NCBI GenBank assembly: GCA_028023455.1
Contig: JAQFVV010000002.1
Coordinates: 22,444,001-22,508,000 of the forward strand
Origin: Epiperipatus broadwayi
Taxonomy: Eukaryota; Animalia; Onychophora
Direction: 5' to 3'
DNA length: 64,000 bases
Shown piece by piece: positions 26,715 through 39,566 of this stretch. The first letter of the stretch is position 1. Each line of letters opens with the position of its first letter. The notes under the pieces were generated by a model that was not told the DNA's origin, searched no databases, and worked only from the letters and a program-made list of their open reading frames with translations. A program made the translations under genes and the position numbers.

Positions 26715-28365
26715 CATTTTTGTAACTACAAGCTTATAAAAGTAATGTCACATTATATATGACTTGCTTTATTAATTATTTTAAATATCAAATTTAAAAA
26801 AATTCCTACATTTTAATAGGCTTTTTTTTTATATTTTATTTAAAGAAAAGTATATTTCTATTTTTACCTAATAAATTAACTGTCTCCTTTTTTTATTTTT
26901 AAAAAAATATAAATAATTTTGTTTTTCTCTAACTTTTATTTTTAAATCTTTCTATGTAACACATGTTTATGTACATCGCAATATAGATATAAATAAAACA
27001 GCTTTTAAATAGCCATTGCAGCTTTTCCTTGCCAACAGCTCTCAAAAATAGAATGTTATCTACCAGAATTTGGTTTTTTTTAGTCGTTGTTTTACTCTCT
27101 AGCTCAGAATAGCTAGATTCCCATTTACTGATCAAAATTTGGATAGCTAACTGAATTGACAATTGGAAGATCATCTATAAGAAAAATCTTAAGCTGTTCG
27201 TATCTTTAAAAAAATTCAAATTTTATTCAGCCTGGATTCGAATCTCGGGTCATGGTAGGCAAATGCAATGAAACCCTATATCACATGGCCATTCTTTCAA
27301 TGTTATGTTTACGTTTATATTTTTTAGTTTAGATATCATCAAATTAGTAGCCGTTCTTGATAACAAGGTGTGTAGTATATTTTCAGAAGGATCTTCTTAA
27401 CAGCAATGTATATATTATTTTGTTAGAAGACTCTTCTGTTTATATATTTTTGAACTTTTTCTGCAGAATAGTTCATCTAACTTCTCTGCATTAATTATTA
27501 TTTCTAAACATTATAATCTTTTAAAAATGAATTAGACAAACTTCTAATGTTAAATTAAAACATCTATGTGGTAGTGCGATTTATGAAAGTACTATCTGAT
27601 TGAATTGTAAAACAATTTGTTTTTTTTTTTAATTCACTGATAACAAAGTTCAAAGCACCATCACTTTTTAATAATCACTTTTATTGTCTAATTTTAATAA
27701 AATTAAAGATTATTAGAACCTAATAGTTTCTATTTTTTGTTTTTAAATAGATGAAGATATATCATTTTATTGTAGCTTTATACCAGTCTGAATCATGAGT
27801 TAATTGTTGTCAGGTAATTAAAAAAAAACAAAACAAATCTATTATAATCAATTTTTGCTCCCTTAAGAAGCTGGGTGTACTATTTTTGTGTGTATGCATA
27901 GAGAACAATGCCATCATGCAGACCATTAAACGGATTATGATCATAGTATTGTATTAGCCACAGATTCAGCCACGTAAACAGCATAATTTTCTGTTATTGC
28001 AGAGAAACAGCGCCACCAAACGATGTACAGCGGTTAATTAACTAGTACCATTTTTATTGTCATAACAATTGACTTTTTTACATTTAGCTATAATTTAGAC
28101 TTTTAAAAAACTCACCTTTAAGAAGAAAAAATTGTAAAGCGTTTAACTCGCTGAGCATGTTTTCGATGTTACGATCGGATTTATAGCTCTAATAAACATC
28201 AAAAGCATGCAAAGCAAGTTAAATGCTTTATAAATTTATGATCTTTTCTTGTTAAATGCGCAAAACATTGTTTAAACATAGAATTACATTTAATCATATA
28301 TATTACTTATAATACTTTATTCATATACACTTTAATGCAAGTAATTTTCTTAAACTTCTTTATTT

Positions 28366-28404
28366 TCTTACAGTTTCGACTGTCCAGCAGTCTTCGTCAG
28401 AGCT
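28366..28404 (-). ncRNA. Minimal hammerhead, family C
   Basis: rc: agct CTGACGA a gactg-ctgga-cagtc GAAA ctg TA^ ag; core intact, stem I weak. Confidence 0.68.
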
Positions 28405-28409
28405 ACAAG

Positions 28410-29885
28410 ATTTGAATAATACAAATACATAATTATCATTTCACATATATATGTATAAATCATATATAAATCAAATATATATATATCTCCATCATTTTAC
28501 ACACATATATAAAATACACACATATATACATAGATATCAAAATATACACATATTTTCTTCATATATATACACATATAAATCTATATCACCCCTAGACATA
28601 TATATAATCCATATCTACATCTATATATACATACGCATATCGAATACCTAGACATATCTCTTTTAAACATACATCTATATACAGATATACATACACCTAT
28701 AGACATATATACAATCCTCATATATCTTTACTAATACACATCTATATGTATATTCTACCTACACATATATAAAATACAAAACATATCCAATTCACCGTTT
28801 TTTTTTTTTTTTAAAATTTACCTTTTTAAATAATTCCATTTTTACTTTTTATTTTTAAATCAACCCTTTAAATATTCTTCTTCTTAATATTATTTTATAA
28901 TATTTAATACTATTTTATTATTATTATTTTTATAATTATCTAATATATAACATCTTTTACTTTACTATCTTTAATTTTACTTTTTATAACTTTTATCTCT
29001 TTATCACTAAATAATATTTTTTAACATTATTATCTTACATTATTATTACAGTTTTAACTTTAATTAAAATGACCGTTATTTCAAAATGTTCTATCTTGTT
29101 TATTCATTTAAAACAGCTCCCTCTGTTATCAATATTATAAAACTTATAATTCCATTTAAACCTTCCAACTTCCCCATTATAATCATTAACCATATTCCAA
29201 TATTATAAAATAACTACTTAACCATTATTTCACATATAAATATACATATCAAATATCCATATTTCCTACATACATATATACATCTTCACATTACCTCTAT
29301 ACATATAACTAAAAATAATATATAAAACCAATATGTAAAACTATATCAAAAATAAAAGATTACAAAATTAAAATTTAAAAAATTAACAATTTAAAAAATT
29401 AATTTAAAAATTAACAAATCCCTACCTACATCTATACATCCACACACATATATATATATCCAAAGATATAATTATATCCCTTAAAACATACTCGTATATA
29501 TACCTATACTCATAACACATATATATACATATACCAATCCTCCTATACATTTATACATACCCACCCACATAAATACTCAACTTACTTATAAATTACATAT
29601 ATAACTATACAAAACACATCTAATGCCCCATTTTATATTACCTTTAAAACCTATTTTATTTTTACTGTTATGTTTTCATTTTATTATCTATCTTGTTTAA
29701 TTATTATCTAATACATAATACCTTTTTACTTCCATATCTATAACATAAACCTATCCAATAGACCATTTTTTATTACCTTTAAAACTATTTTATTATTACT
29801 TTTAGTTTTTAAAAATTTCTCTAACAAATTTACAAAATTTTATAAACATTACTCTTTTATTATTTATTATTACTATCAACTTTAA
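28410..29885. other. Near G-free, strand-asymmetric low-complexity tract
   Basis: About 26 G in 28441-29880 by manual count, while C is abundant. Confidence 0.9.
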
Positions 29886-30281
29886 ATAAGGAAAAAAGTA
29901 AAGAATCCTTAAAGTGATCTTATAAATTTTTATTCTGCTGCTTATTGTTAATAAGACATGGGATAGTATTTATTTTGCTTATGTCTTTAATGAATTTGTG
30001 TTTAAAATAATATTAAGTAATTATTGATTTATGTGTTTGATTATACAAACTTGTACTTCCTCTTTTTAAGAAAATGTACACCATAATGTTTTATGTGATA
30101 ATGTTAAATCTCTTATTTTCTGCTTCACGTCACAGATGCCTTCATTTACTTTATTCTTTTGGCACCAAATATACCATTTTAAAAATTTATACATGTAACA
30201 TTTTAAGTTTTAATTATTTGGGCTTAATTTTAAAAATATTTAAATTAAATTTACTGTTGCATTTTTAATGATTATTTTTAG

Positions 30282-30527
30282 GCTAGAGATAAAGATCAAG
30301 TTAATACAAGTAATTCCGAAGTTCGATATCAAATAATTGAAGGTAATGATGAAAATAATTTTACTATTAATGAAACAACTGGGGAACTGGAACCGACAGA
30401 ACCCGTTGATTATGAAATCATGCCTATAAAAGCAAATGATAAAAGATTTTTCACCTTGACTGTTATGGCATCTGATTTAGGGAAACCAAGTCTGCATTCT
30501 AATACAACAGTAGTAATTTTTGTTGAG
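30282..30527 (+). CDS. Cad88C: Cadherin exon 7
   Basis: ttttag|GCT...GAG|gtaatt; ARDKDQVNTSNSEVRYQIIEGN...VDYE...ASDLGKPSLHSNTTVVIFVE; 82 codons. Confidence 0.94.
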
Positions 30528-30757
30528 GTAATTAATCTTCTATAAATTAAATAAATTTTTGTTCAAAATTAAATTGCTTAGAAGTATCGAATACAGTTTG
30601 TGACTTTATTAATAAAACAATAATTTTATTACAATAAATTTATAATAATTGTAAAAACATTCTAATTTTAAATTTTTTCTTAATTTTATTGAGCTCTTGT
30701 TATTAAATTTATTTATATAAAATATGCCAAGTTGGAGGCGCAAGTTCTTAAACTAAA

Positions 30758-30925
30758 TCATCATTTTTGACCCTGCAGTATAAAGGTCTTTTTAAGTTTC
30801 AACCAGTTGATCTTCATAACATCCAAGAAAAATTCCTTATTTCATCCATCCATCTCACATGTGGTCTCTTTCTAGGTCTTTGACAATTTTTTGGGATCCC
30901 ATTTAAAACTTCAGTATAATGGAGT
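30758..30925 (-). mobile_element. RTE LINE 3' fragment
   Basis: Homologous to the RTE 3' end at 19920-20107. Confidence 0.65.
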
Positions 30926-31861
30926 CTATAGTATCATATTCAGTAATTTGAAGAATATATTAATTGAGTTTATGATCTTGCTATTGTATTTTACAGAGCT
31001 TCCATAAATTAAATTTTTCTCATTTCTTTTTGTTGTGTCATAAGGCAACTAAGTCTCACTTCATACAGTAAATTAGATGCAATAACAGCTATATGTATAC
31101 AATTAACTTGGTTACAGTAGTTATTTCCCAGTGATGAAATATTTTATCTTTTAATTAATTTGTTAAAAGCAGCAACGACCCGTTAGAGACTTTGTGTTGC
31201 ACCTCAATATCTAAGTCCATATTTCTACCTATATAAATACTAAGGTGTTTAAATTGGTTTAGATTCTCAAGTTGATAATCATTCTAACTAAAAGCCAATG
31301 AGGATTTTTTTTTTCCCATCATTGGCTATGCTGTATACGCGGAGGTATTCTTAATATTACCAACCAAGTCAACATCAAAATTAGAAATAATTTACATAAG
31401 ACCACTTATTGATGTAAATAAAATAATAATATAAATTGTAATAGTTATCCCTTAATTCTGGGGCATGAATTTATAACAAGTTTTTGACTATCATTTCTTC
31501 AACTTGTACATATTAGTGTCTGTAACTGGAGTATTCTTAGTCTGTAGTTATTTTGTACATAATACCATTAACTGAAAAATCTGTGTCACTTAAAGTCTAT
31601 GATTTTTCTTTACTGGCAGTATTCACTCTTAGAGCATTCAGAAACATAATTATGGCTTTAATTTAGTCTTGCTTTTTCTTCTCTATGAGAAACTTCATTA
31701 CTAATAATACGACAATTCTTTATAACTCACTTACGTGCTTGCAGTTGACTCAGTTCATATTTTTATAGTTTTGCTAATTAACATTATTTAATACTCATTT
31801 TCTTTTTATAATATTGAATTTCAAAAATCTTACACGTTTCAGCAAAAAAACTTTTATTATT

Positions 31862-31901
31862 GATTACAGTTTCAACTGTCCCATGCAGTCTTCATCAGAT
31901 C
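31862..31901 (-). ncRNA. Minimal hammerhead, family C
   Basis: rc: gat CTGATGA a gactg-catggga-cagtt GAAA ctg TA^ atc. Confidence 0.68.
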
Positions 31902-31929
31902 TTATTCTTTTCTTTTAACTTTCTATATC

Positions 31930-32470
31930 CTTTTATAGGTGAATTTTCTAGAGTGCTTCATTTGTCGGCAAAATGATAACAGTATACTGTTAGCACAGAA
32001 TTGTGTAAAGACAGTCCAGTTTGATAAGGAACTTGAGTTATTTGAACATTAATTATTAAACCGAAGTCTTTATAATCTGCATTCAAAACATTAAATATAT
32101 TCTGCAAATCCTCTTTTGAATTGACAAAAATAGTAAATCCATAATCCAAGAAGTTGAAGTTTTTATTTTTACTTTTAACTGATTCAAATTGAAAATTTTG
32201 TCACCAAATCTTGATCCCTGTTTTGTTGAGTCCAGTATAAACAGTTTCAAAAACCCTCATTTAACAAAAAATCAAGAACAATATTGGAGCAAGAATGCCA
32301 TTCTTGTTTAACGCCAGTCTTTATTTCAACTGCCTCATGTTTTCTACCTATAGTAAGATACAATGAAGGGTGGGAAAAGATAACACTGGAACAATAATAT
32401 TGAAAAGAGGAGAAATCCATTATTGGCTTATCTAAGGTATTTATTTAGGCTTTGAGGGGTTTATTAAAGT
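31930..32470 (-). mobile_element. Decayed RTE-BovB-like RT fragment
   Basis: Track ORF 31958-32149 DYGFTIFVNSKEDLQNIF...FGLIIN resembles the ADDCAL...DLQ...FGLxIN motif. Confidence 0.65.
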
Positions 32471-33004
32471 AATGTTCCTGTTTATACGTGAGATAGCAAA
32501 GATTTAGATGACTTAAAAAAGTTATTCAAAAAGGATCTTACCAGAAAAAACCTTAATTTTAATAAATTATATTAAGATATAAAACTAGCTTAGCACATCA
32601 AGACATTATAAACATCATGATTACTTAGCGAAATTTGTTATTTTAAAATTATAAATTTGACCTCATATATTGCACAAACAATAACAAAATTTTTCATCCT
32701 GATTATTAACTAAGACATAATGAATAAAAAAAATTAACAAACTAAGCAAGCTGCTATTTTAAAATTTATTAGAAATTTTTCTTCACGATGCTTTAGGCAA
32801 GATTTCTGAAAATTTATAATTTAGCCAACTTTCAATATATCTTAAAAAAAATTTAATGTAAAATCTTTATGGAACAGCAACTTGCTATGTAGAATATTTT
32901 CATTGGTCCTAGATTGACAATTTTACTTAGTTCTGCATTAAACTATGTACCAAGAATATCATTTGACCAAAAATATCTGTCGTATTTTTGAATATTTTTA
33001 GTCA

Positions 33005-33470
33005 AAAACTTGTCTAATGAATTTAAAATAGGCTTCAGAACTCCACCACACACAAATAGAATGATCAACAACACAAAGGACAAAATAGAGCCAGGCCAAG
33101 ACCCCCAACTTGTATATAAGATTACTTGCCCTCAAACTGATTGTAAACAATCGAGTAGCACAAGACTTATATATGTACAATAGAGAAGTAAACAAAAATG
33201 AAGACAATTCAATATTTGCAGAACAACAAAAAACATTTAATCATAAATTTGAACCTTCTAGCGCTGAAATTGTTTGCAAAGTAAGAAATGGCACCAAAAG
33301 AAAAATAAAAGCGTATTTCATCGTGAACAATCCAAACGCCATCAATCAAAGGGATTCCTGCTTTACAATATCGAAAAAATGTTCAGGATAATGATTTGCA
33401 TTCATTACGCTTAACACATAATAATGGCTATGAATATGGAATAAACATATTCTGAAAGCGCTAAGCTAAA
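33005..33470 (+). mobile_element. Penelope-like element 3' end (C-terminal GIY-YIG endonuclease remnant + HHR)
   Basis: LVYKITCPQTDC...HKF...RKIKAYFI...INQRDS; colinear with the 38430 copy. Confidence 0.8.
33425..33468 (+). ncRNA. Hammerhead fold with A3-U8 variant core, family E
   Basis: tggct ATGAATA t ggaata-aaca-tattct GAAA gcgc TA^ agcta. Confidence 0.68.
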
Positions 33471-34550
33471 CGTTATTTGTGAAAATTTTTATTAACTTCA
33501 CCTATATACGTTTAAAGTCTGTTATAAGTACTATCTATTAGATAAGATCTGCACATTATTTATGCAACATCTTCACTGACTGTTTTTTTCATTTAACACT
33601 TTAATTTAAGCTATATTTTTTAAATAATAAACTAGTTAAATCAATCATTTTTATATTTGGTAATTTTATATTTAAATCATTCATTAATGCAACAATTAGT
33701 TGTTTGGCTATTTTGATCACTTTGCTATCATGTTTTGTTTCCAAATAAATGGTTCGACATGATAGTTTAGATAAAACAATGCTATTAGAATATGTTTATT
33801 ATTAATTGTGTCGGCCTTGACTTCATCATTCAGCCCACATCATCCTATGTTAACTGTAGATAATATCCAATAATAGCAGTATTTCTTACATAGAGAACAT
33901 TTTAAGAATATTAAATATTACTTAATATATGTGATAATATGTTGGACTATTTCCATCAACTATCATTAAAAAAAAAAAAACTAATATAGATAAGTATATA
34001 TGAAATTTCTATCATATATAATAACACAGCAAAGGTACATCCACTTTTTCTTTTAAAATATATATGTTCTACAATAATATCAACAAATTAAAATCCTTCT
34101 CCTTTTTCTTTTCAAAAACTTTATTTTTTTATATCTCAATACTGAACATATATATACATTTATATAATACAAAACTCCAACGTTTCAACTGTTTTTATCT
34201 CATACAGTTATTTTCAAGGATCTGCAACGACAATAATAAATAAACTTTAATTACATAAAAACTTCCTCTTACATTAACATAAACAGTAACAAACATATTA
34301 AACATATATAAATATATTTTACTTACATCTCTCTCCCACTGCTATATTTTATTACTCTTTGTTTTACATTATTTCATTACAAATCTGTCCTAAAATCATC
34401 CAAGAAACTTTCTATACAAATTTAAATACCAACTCTAATTTCCAAAAACCTCCCCTTTTTTAAATCTTATCTAAAACCCATCTTAAAACTGCATTCCTAA
34501 ACTATATCTTTAAATCAATATAAAACAAATATAAACATCTTTTTTTTTTT

Positions 34551-34663
34551 AGTTTAGTCTTTTAGTCTTGCATTGGTGGTCGAGAGGTCAGCGCGACTGC
34601 CTTGCACTTGCAGGCAGTTGCCCGGGTTGCAGGTTCATGTCCTGGCCAATGCTATGACCCTTA
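34551..34663 (+). mobile_element. Family H tRNA-derived SINE with TSD
   Basis: tggtcgagagg A-box, ggttcatgtcc B-box; ataaacatc(t)n duplicated at 34531 and 34664. Confidence 0.72.
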
Positions 34664-34664
34664 A

Positions 34665-34880
34665 TAAACATCTTTTTTTTTTTACCTCTCTCTCTCTCTC
34701 TCTTTTATACAAAAAAACTTTTAACAATTTATCTAAACCCATTAAGCATTTATTTTTAAGATAAGGAATATAAAATAATGTATAATTAAAATAAATGCTT
34801 AATGGGTTTAGATAAATTGTTAACAGTTTTTTTGTAGAAAAGAGAGAGAGGGGTAAAAAAAAAAAAGATGTTTATATTTG
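34665..34880. repeat. Fold-back palindrome (arms about 90 bp)
   Basis: taaacatc...taagcatttatttt and aaaataaatgctta...gatgttta. Confidence 0.8.
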
Positions 34881-34954
34881 TTTTATATTGGTCTAAAGAT
34901 ATAGGAGAAGGATTTTAATTTGTTGATATTATGAAATTTCTACTGATTGTTCCG

Positions 34955-35250
34955 TTTGACAGAATTGCTCAGTTGGTTAGAACATTGTCTTAAAAAATTT
35001 GATATTCAAGAATCTAAAGGTATAAATTCCACTCCTATGCTAATATTGTCACCTGGACAGGTCAGCAACACCTGAAGAATGGAGAATACTATTACTCAAA
35101 ACGTTGTGTAATTATTAACATGTGTTGACTATTTGTATGTTATTATTAACAGTTGTTTGTATTTGAAAAGTTTAAATGAAGTTTAAAATTTTCTAGACAT
35201 TCTACATTTAATGATAATTGATGGAAAAGTCCCAACATATCACATCTATA
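34955..35250 (+). mobile_element. Family D element: tRNA-like head, HHR (35068-35109), tail
   Basis: ttgctcagttggttaga A-box; acac CTGAAGA ... aAAA c GTT^ gtgt (G12 lost). Confidence 0.75.
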
Positions 35251-35559
35251 CCATCATCACAAACCTTCAAATATTGCCCTTTGGTCCCTTCATTTGTCTT
35301 TGAAAAGGACTCTCTGCATCAAAAATGAATTAATTTTTTTTAACATTTATATTTTTTCTATATAAAAAGCATTGTTTTTTTTTTTAATATTTTTTTATTA
35401 TTATTGATAACATATATACAAATATTGACATGTGTACAAAGGAAAATTTAAATTACACAGATAACTATATGATGAAACCACTATATATCCCAACTCAAAC
35501 AATACAATATGTTGTCCAGCACTGACAAACATGGATCCAAATAAAAAACAATGTAGCAG

Positions 35560-36000
35560 TTCATACGGCTAAATGTTCAATTAATCCATAATTGCTTCAA
35601 GAATCCATGATTTTGTGGAATGTTAATTTTAGTAAAAGTTCAAGCTTAGATATTTCCCAACTGAAAAAGAATGTAGACAGCCCAGATAATTTTTGATAAT
35701 GTGTTAAGCCATTCTTTGTTATTTCTTTTGAATTATCAAATATAATGGAATAGAATGCAAGCCACATGATTCCAAGTTGTAAACAATAGGGATGAAAGTA
35801 TTTTATATTTCTTGAGCAATTGCTTGAAGTTAATTGTAAGCTTGTAAAATGCAAACAGATGTAGATTTGAAAAGCATGGGTAGGTTTGAAAAATGTGCAG
35901 CATTTTATCTGGATAATTGTACAAGATGTGGTTTCAAGATTTAGCATGAATCAATTAATGAGAAACTTTTTGGTTAAAAGTATGCCTTGTAGTAAATTAA
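35560..36000 (-). mobile_element. Possible L1/Tx1-type ORF2 C-terminal remnant
   Basis: Broken minus-strand frames resemble C..C...HLF...W...IIW; weak. Confidence 0.3.
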
Positions 36001-36869
36001 ACAGAAATTTTAACCATGACCGATAAACAGAAAATTTAACCGGCAAGATTGTTCATGGATGTCTAGAAGAATAAATTATCTTCTTTAAATCTCTAAATGA
36101 GAAGCTAATAATAGATTTAGTATTATATGTATTATAGTATTATATTAGTAAAACAAATCGACATGCTTAAAAGCATGATCTGTGAAAAAAGATCGCCCGA
36201 CATATGGAAATGAAACAAGCAATGGTACTGGGAGGGAGATGGTATTGCGAATTGGGTTAGGTAAAGTTCCAATATATATTTTGACTCTATTAGAATTTAC
36301 AAAAAGAAATTAAGATATATAAAACTGAGCCTCCTTTGCAGATGAAGAAAGCATAGTTTTGTATGATTAAAGATATGAGGATGAGCCCAGATGTATGCTT
36401 TTATTACAGATATGCACTTGTTGAAATAGTATTAAATAGGTATCCATGGGATATAGTAAGCAATTATTCCAGCAAGAAGAGTATGAACTTTTATGGTGGG
36501 TTAAAGAAGCATTGTTAATAATGCATTTAATTTATTACATTTCAGTAACGGAGTTTTGATAATTTATTTAAATTAACTTTTTAAAAGAAATAATAATAAT
36601 TGAATTATTTTTGAAATGTAAATACATCTCTATTATTATTTTATTATAATAAACAATTACATAGTTATTCACAAGGTCATGATATTTGAGCACCCAAGTA
36701 GCAAATTAATCATAACTGTTCCACTGACTTGACCAAACTGAATATTTTTTAAATAATGTCTGAGAATGGATTCAGGAACTTTCCACTGTACTAAACTGCA
36801 GCAAACAAAGAATTATATCTTTAGTAAATGTGTTTTATGAGAGCTGATGTGCGGATATGATTTTTGGAT

Positions 36870-37235
36870 AGTAAATAGAATAGTAATAGACTTCAGACCA
36901 CATAATGATGAATGATAAAATGTATCTTGGGAGTAACAAGGATGGATCAAAAGAGAAATAGGTGGTTAAAAGAACTAACAGATATTAACATCATTGAAAG
37001 GTTTACATGGAATTGAGCTTGACATGTTATGGAAGAAATGAAAGTATGTGGACACTTGAAGCCCTAAACTGGATTCCAAAAAATTGTAAAAGCCCTAAAA
37101 AGAAATGTCATTTGGGATGGATTGATAAGATAAATAAGGTTTCTAAAGTGTTATGGAGAAAGTATACATTATAGAAACTTGATTAAACATGGAAAGATCT
37201 TCATCATGCAGATGAATAATAGTTGAAAATGATGT
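36870..37235 (+). mobile_element. RTE LINE 3' fragment
   Basis: Homologous to 19740-20107 (ctaaactggattccaa block, tail). Confidence 0.7.
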
Positions 37236-38071
37236 GCGCATAGTTATTCATATCTTTTTATGTCATGTGACTATTACTCTTTTATGAATATGAAATTTAA
37301 CTTTTATATGGTCACAAGATTGTTTAATTATTAGTTTCAGCTATTATAAACACATTTAATAAAATCCTGGAGAACAACCTTTTCATTTACTTACTAATAT
37401 GTCTAAAAATATATTATTTATATTTCAATAATAGTTGTTTATATTAAGAATGCATTAAGTCAGATCTATATTTTGTAAGTTATTTACTTGTTTTACTCAT
37501 CATGACCAAATTATAAATCTAATAAAATAATGAATATTTTCCAGAATGAACTATTTTTTATTTCATTTTAAAATCAAGATTCAATGATAGATTCATTATT
37601 CTCAAAAGTTTTATCACATTTTTTCTCTCAATGCATTCAAAATTTAAACAATTTCAACTTCTAATCATTTGTAATCCTTTTTCTTTGCGTAGCATGATAT
37701 TTTTTGCTTTTGCCAGTACCATTTTTCCCCCAGTGTCCAACTTTCACACCCATAGAGAGTCTTTGAAATATTTCTAATCTTATTTTTAAAAATATCACCT
37801 CAAAGTTATTTTTATTAATTTTAGTTAAATTTGATTAATTAACTCAAACTATATATGTTTAATTTCATTTTTACAATAATATAATGTAGCATAAAGTCAT
37901 ATGTTTGCTAATAAAATAATAATCATTTTTGGTTAATTTACTTTTGTTTAATTAGATTTAAGTTTGTAATAATATTGTTTATGTTATTATGTTAAATCTT
38001 GCAGTTTTAATTATTATGCAATATAAATTTTTTAAAAATATTTGATTAGGATGGAATTTTTTTTTTTTCAG

Positions 38072-38144
38072 GATACAAATGATAATTTTCCTGTTTTTAC
38101 TACATCATCATATAAAGCTGACATTCATGAAAATGTTAAAGAAG
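38072..38144 (+). CDS. Cad88C: Cadherin exon 8
   Basis: tttcag|GAT...G|gtaaaa; DTNDNFPVFTTSSYKADIHENVKE(G). Confidence 0.92.
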
Positions 38145-38429
38145 GTAAAATTATTGTATATAAAGATCATATGTTTTAAAAATATGTGATGGAACAGGTT
38201 TGAAATATATTTATTTATATGTGTGTGTGTAAATATATATATATATATTGTTACATATTGTCTACAGTATATACATATAATATAGTTTGTTTACACACAT
38301 ATATATATATATATGCATTTAAGTATAAGTATATCTAAGAATGTATATATGAAGTTAAATTATAACTCGCTATGTCAAAGACTTGATAAGTGTGGGATTC
38401 AAACACAGAACAATAACAGAGAAGATCAA

Positions 38430-39015
38430 GCAGTTTCACAGAAAAGCAACAAATAACCAGAATGAAGAGGATAAGCCACACATACTATTACATACACACC
38501 TAAAGTGGCCAAAGACCTAGTTAAAAACCTATCCAAACAATTTAAAGTATGTTTTTGAGTCTCTCTAGCTACTAACAGACTTATTAACAACTCCAACGAT
38601 AAAATCAATCCAGACCAAACCCCCCAGGTAGTATATAAGATAACATGTTCACAAGCCAGCTGCGGAGCTACATATTATGGGGAAACTGGCTCAACACCTC
38701 CACATATATAATAGAGTGCGTACTAAAAACGCAGGCAGTTCAATATTTCTAGAACACCAAAAAACATCTAATCACATATTTGAATCTACCAATGCCGAAA
38801 TCATGTGCTTGGAAAGAATCAATGTCAAACACAAAATAAAAGAAGTATATTTTATTGCGAACAACCCGAAAGGCATCGAGAGACGAGATTCCTGCTTCTC
38901 GATTTCCAAGAAATGGGCTGGTTGAATAATTTGCATATACTAATAATAACACAAAATAAAGAATGATACAGGCTATGGATATGGGAGCAAATATGCCCTA
39001 AAAGTGCTAAGCCAA
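38430..39015 (+). mobile_element. Penelope-like element 3' end (GIY-YIG + degenerate HHR at 38971-39013)
   Basis: VVYKITCSQASCGATYYGETG...EHQKTSNHIF...KHKIKEVYFI...KKWAG*; CCHH spacing typical of PLE endonucleases. Confidence 0.88.
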
Positions 39016-39566
39016 TATAAAAACAGTTAAAATTAATAGCTTCACTGGGGTGTGTTGGAAGCGCAGTATAATAATAATAATATCTTATTTATTTAAAAAG
39101 TGTAGTGGATGTTTCAAAATACATCTGTGATGAGGGAGGAGATTAGCCTGAATCCTGTGTTGATGGATGGTCATGATATGATAGAGCTAAAGGTGAACAA
39201 TGTACTGATAAAGCTAAAAAAAATTTGGAAAATATATATTAAAGTGGTTAAAAACCAGTCCCTACCATACATGAGAATGATGTATTGAAAGTTTCAAAGT
39301 GTCATGATGAGCATAGAGGCTTGGATGTTACCATCTCTATAACAGTACAGATATATTTATTAACTGATTTTATAATGTATATTTGGGACAGAGATAATCT
39401 TTAGTTTAATAAATGATTAGTAATTATCTTTAATATATTTACATAATGTGATTTGTATTAAAGTTGTGAGCGCAGAAAGTTTGACCCTTATAAATCAAAT
39501 TATAGTAATTTGCTATTTATAAATATTGAATATATGGTGAAAGGTATGTAGAGATTGTGACCTGTA

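Noticed and set aside
28137-28229. Imperfect hairpin as a further HHR family
   Set aside because: It has a GAAA/gcatgc-like half but no identifiable 5' core.
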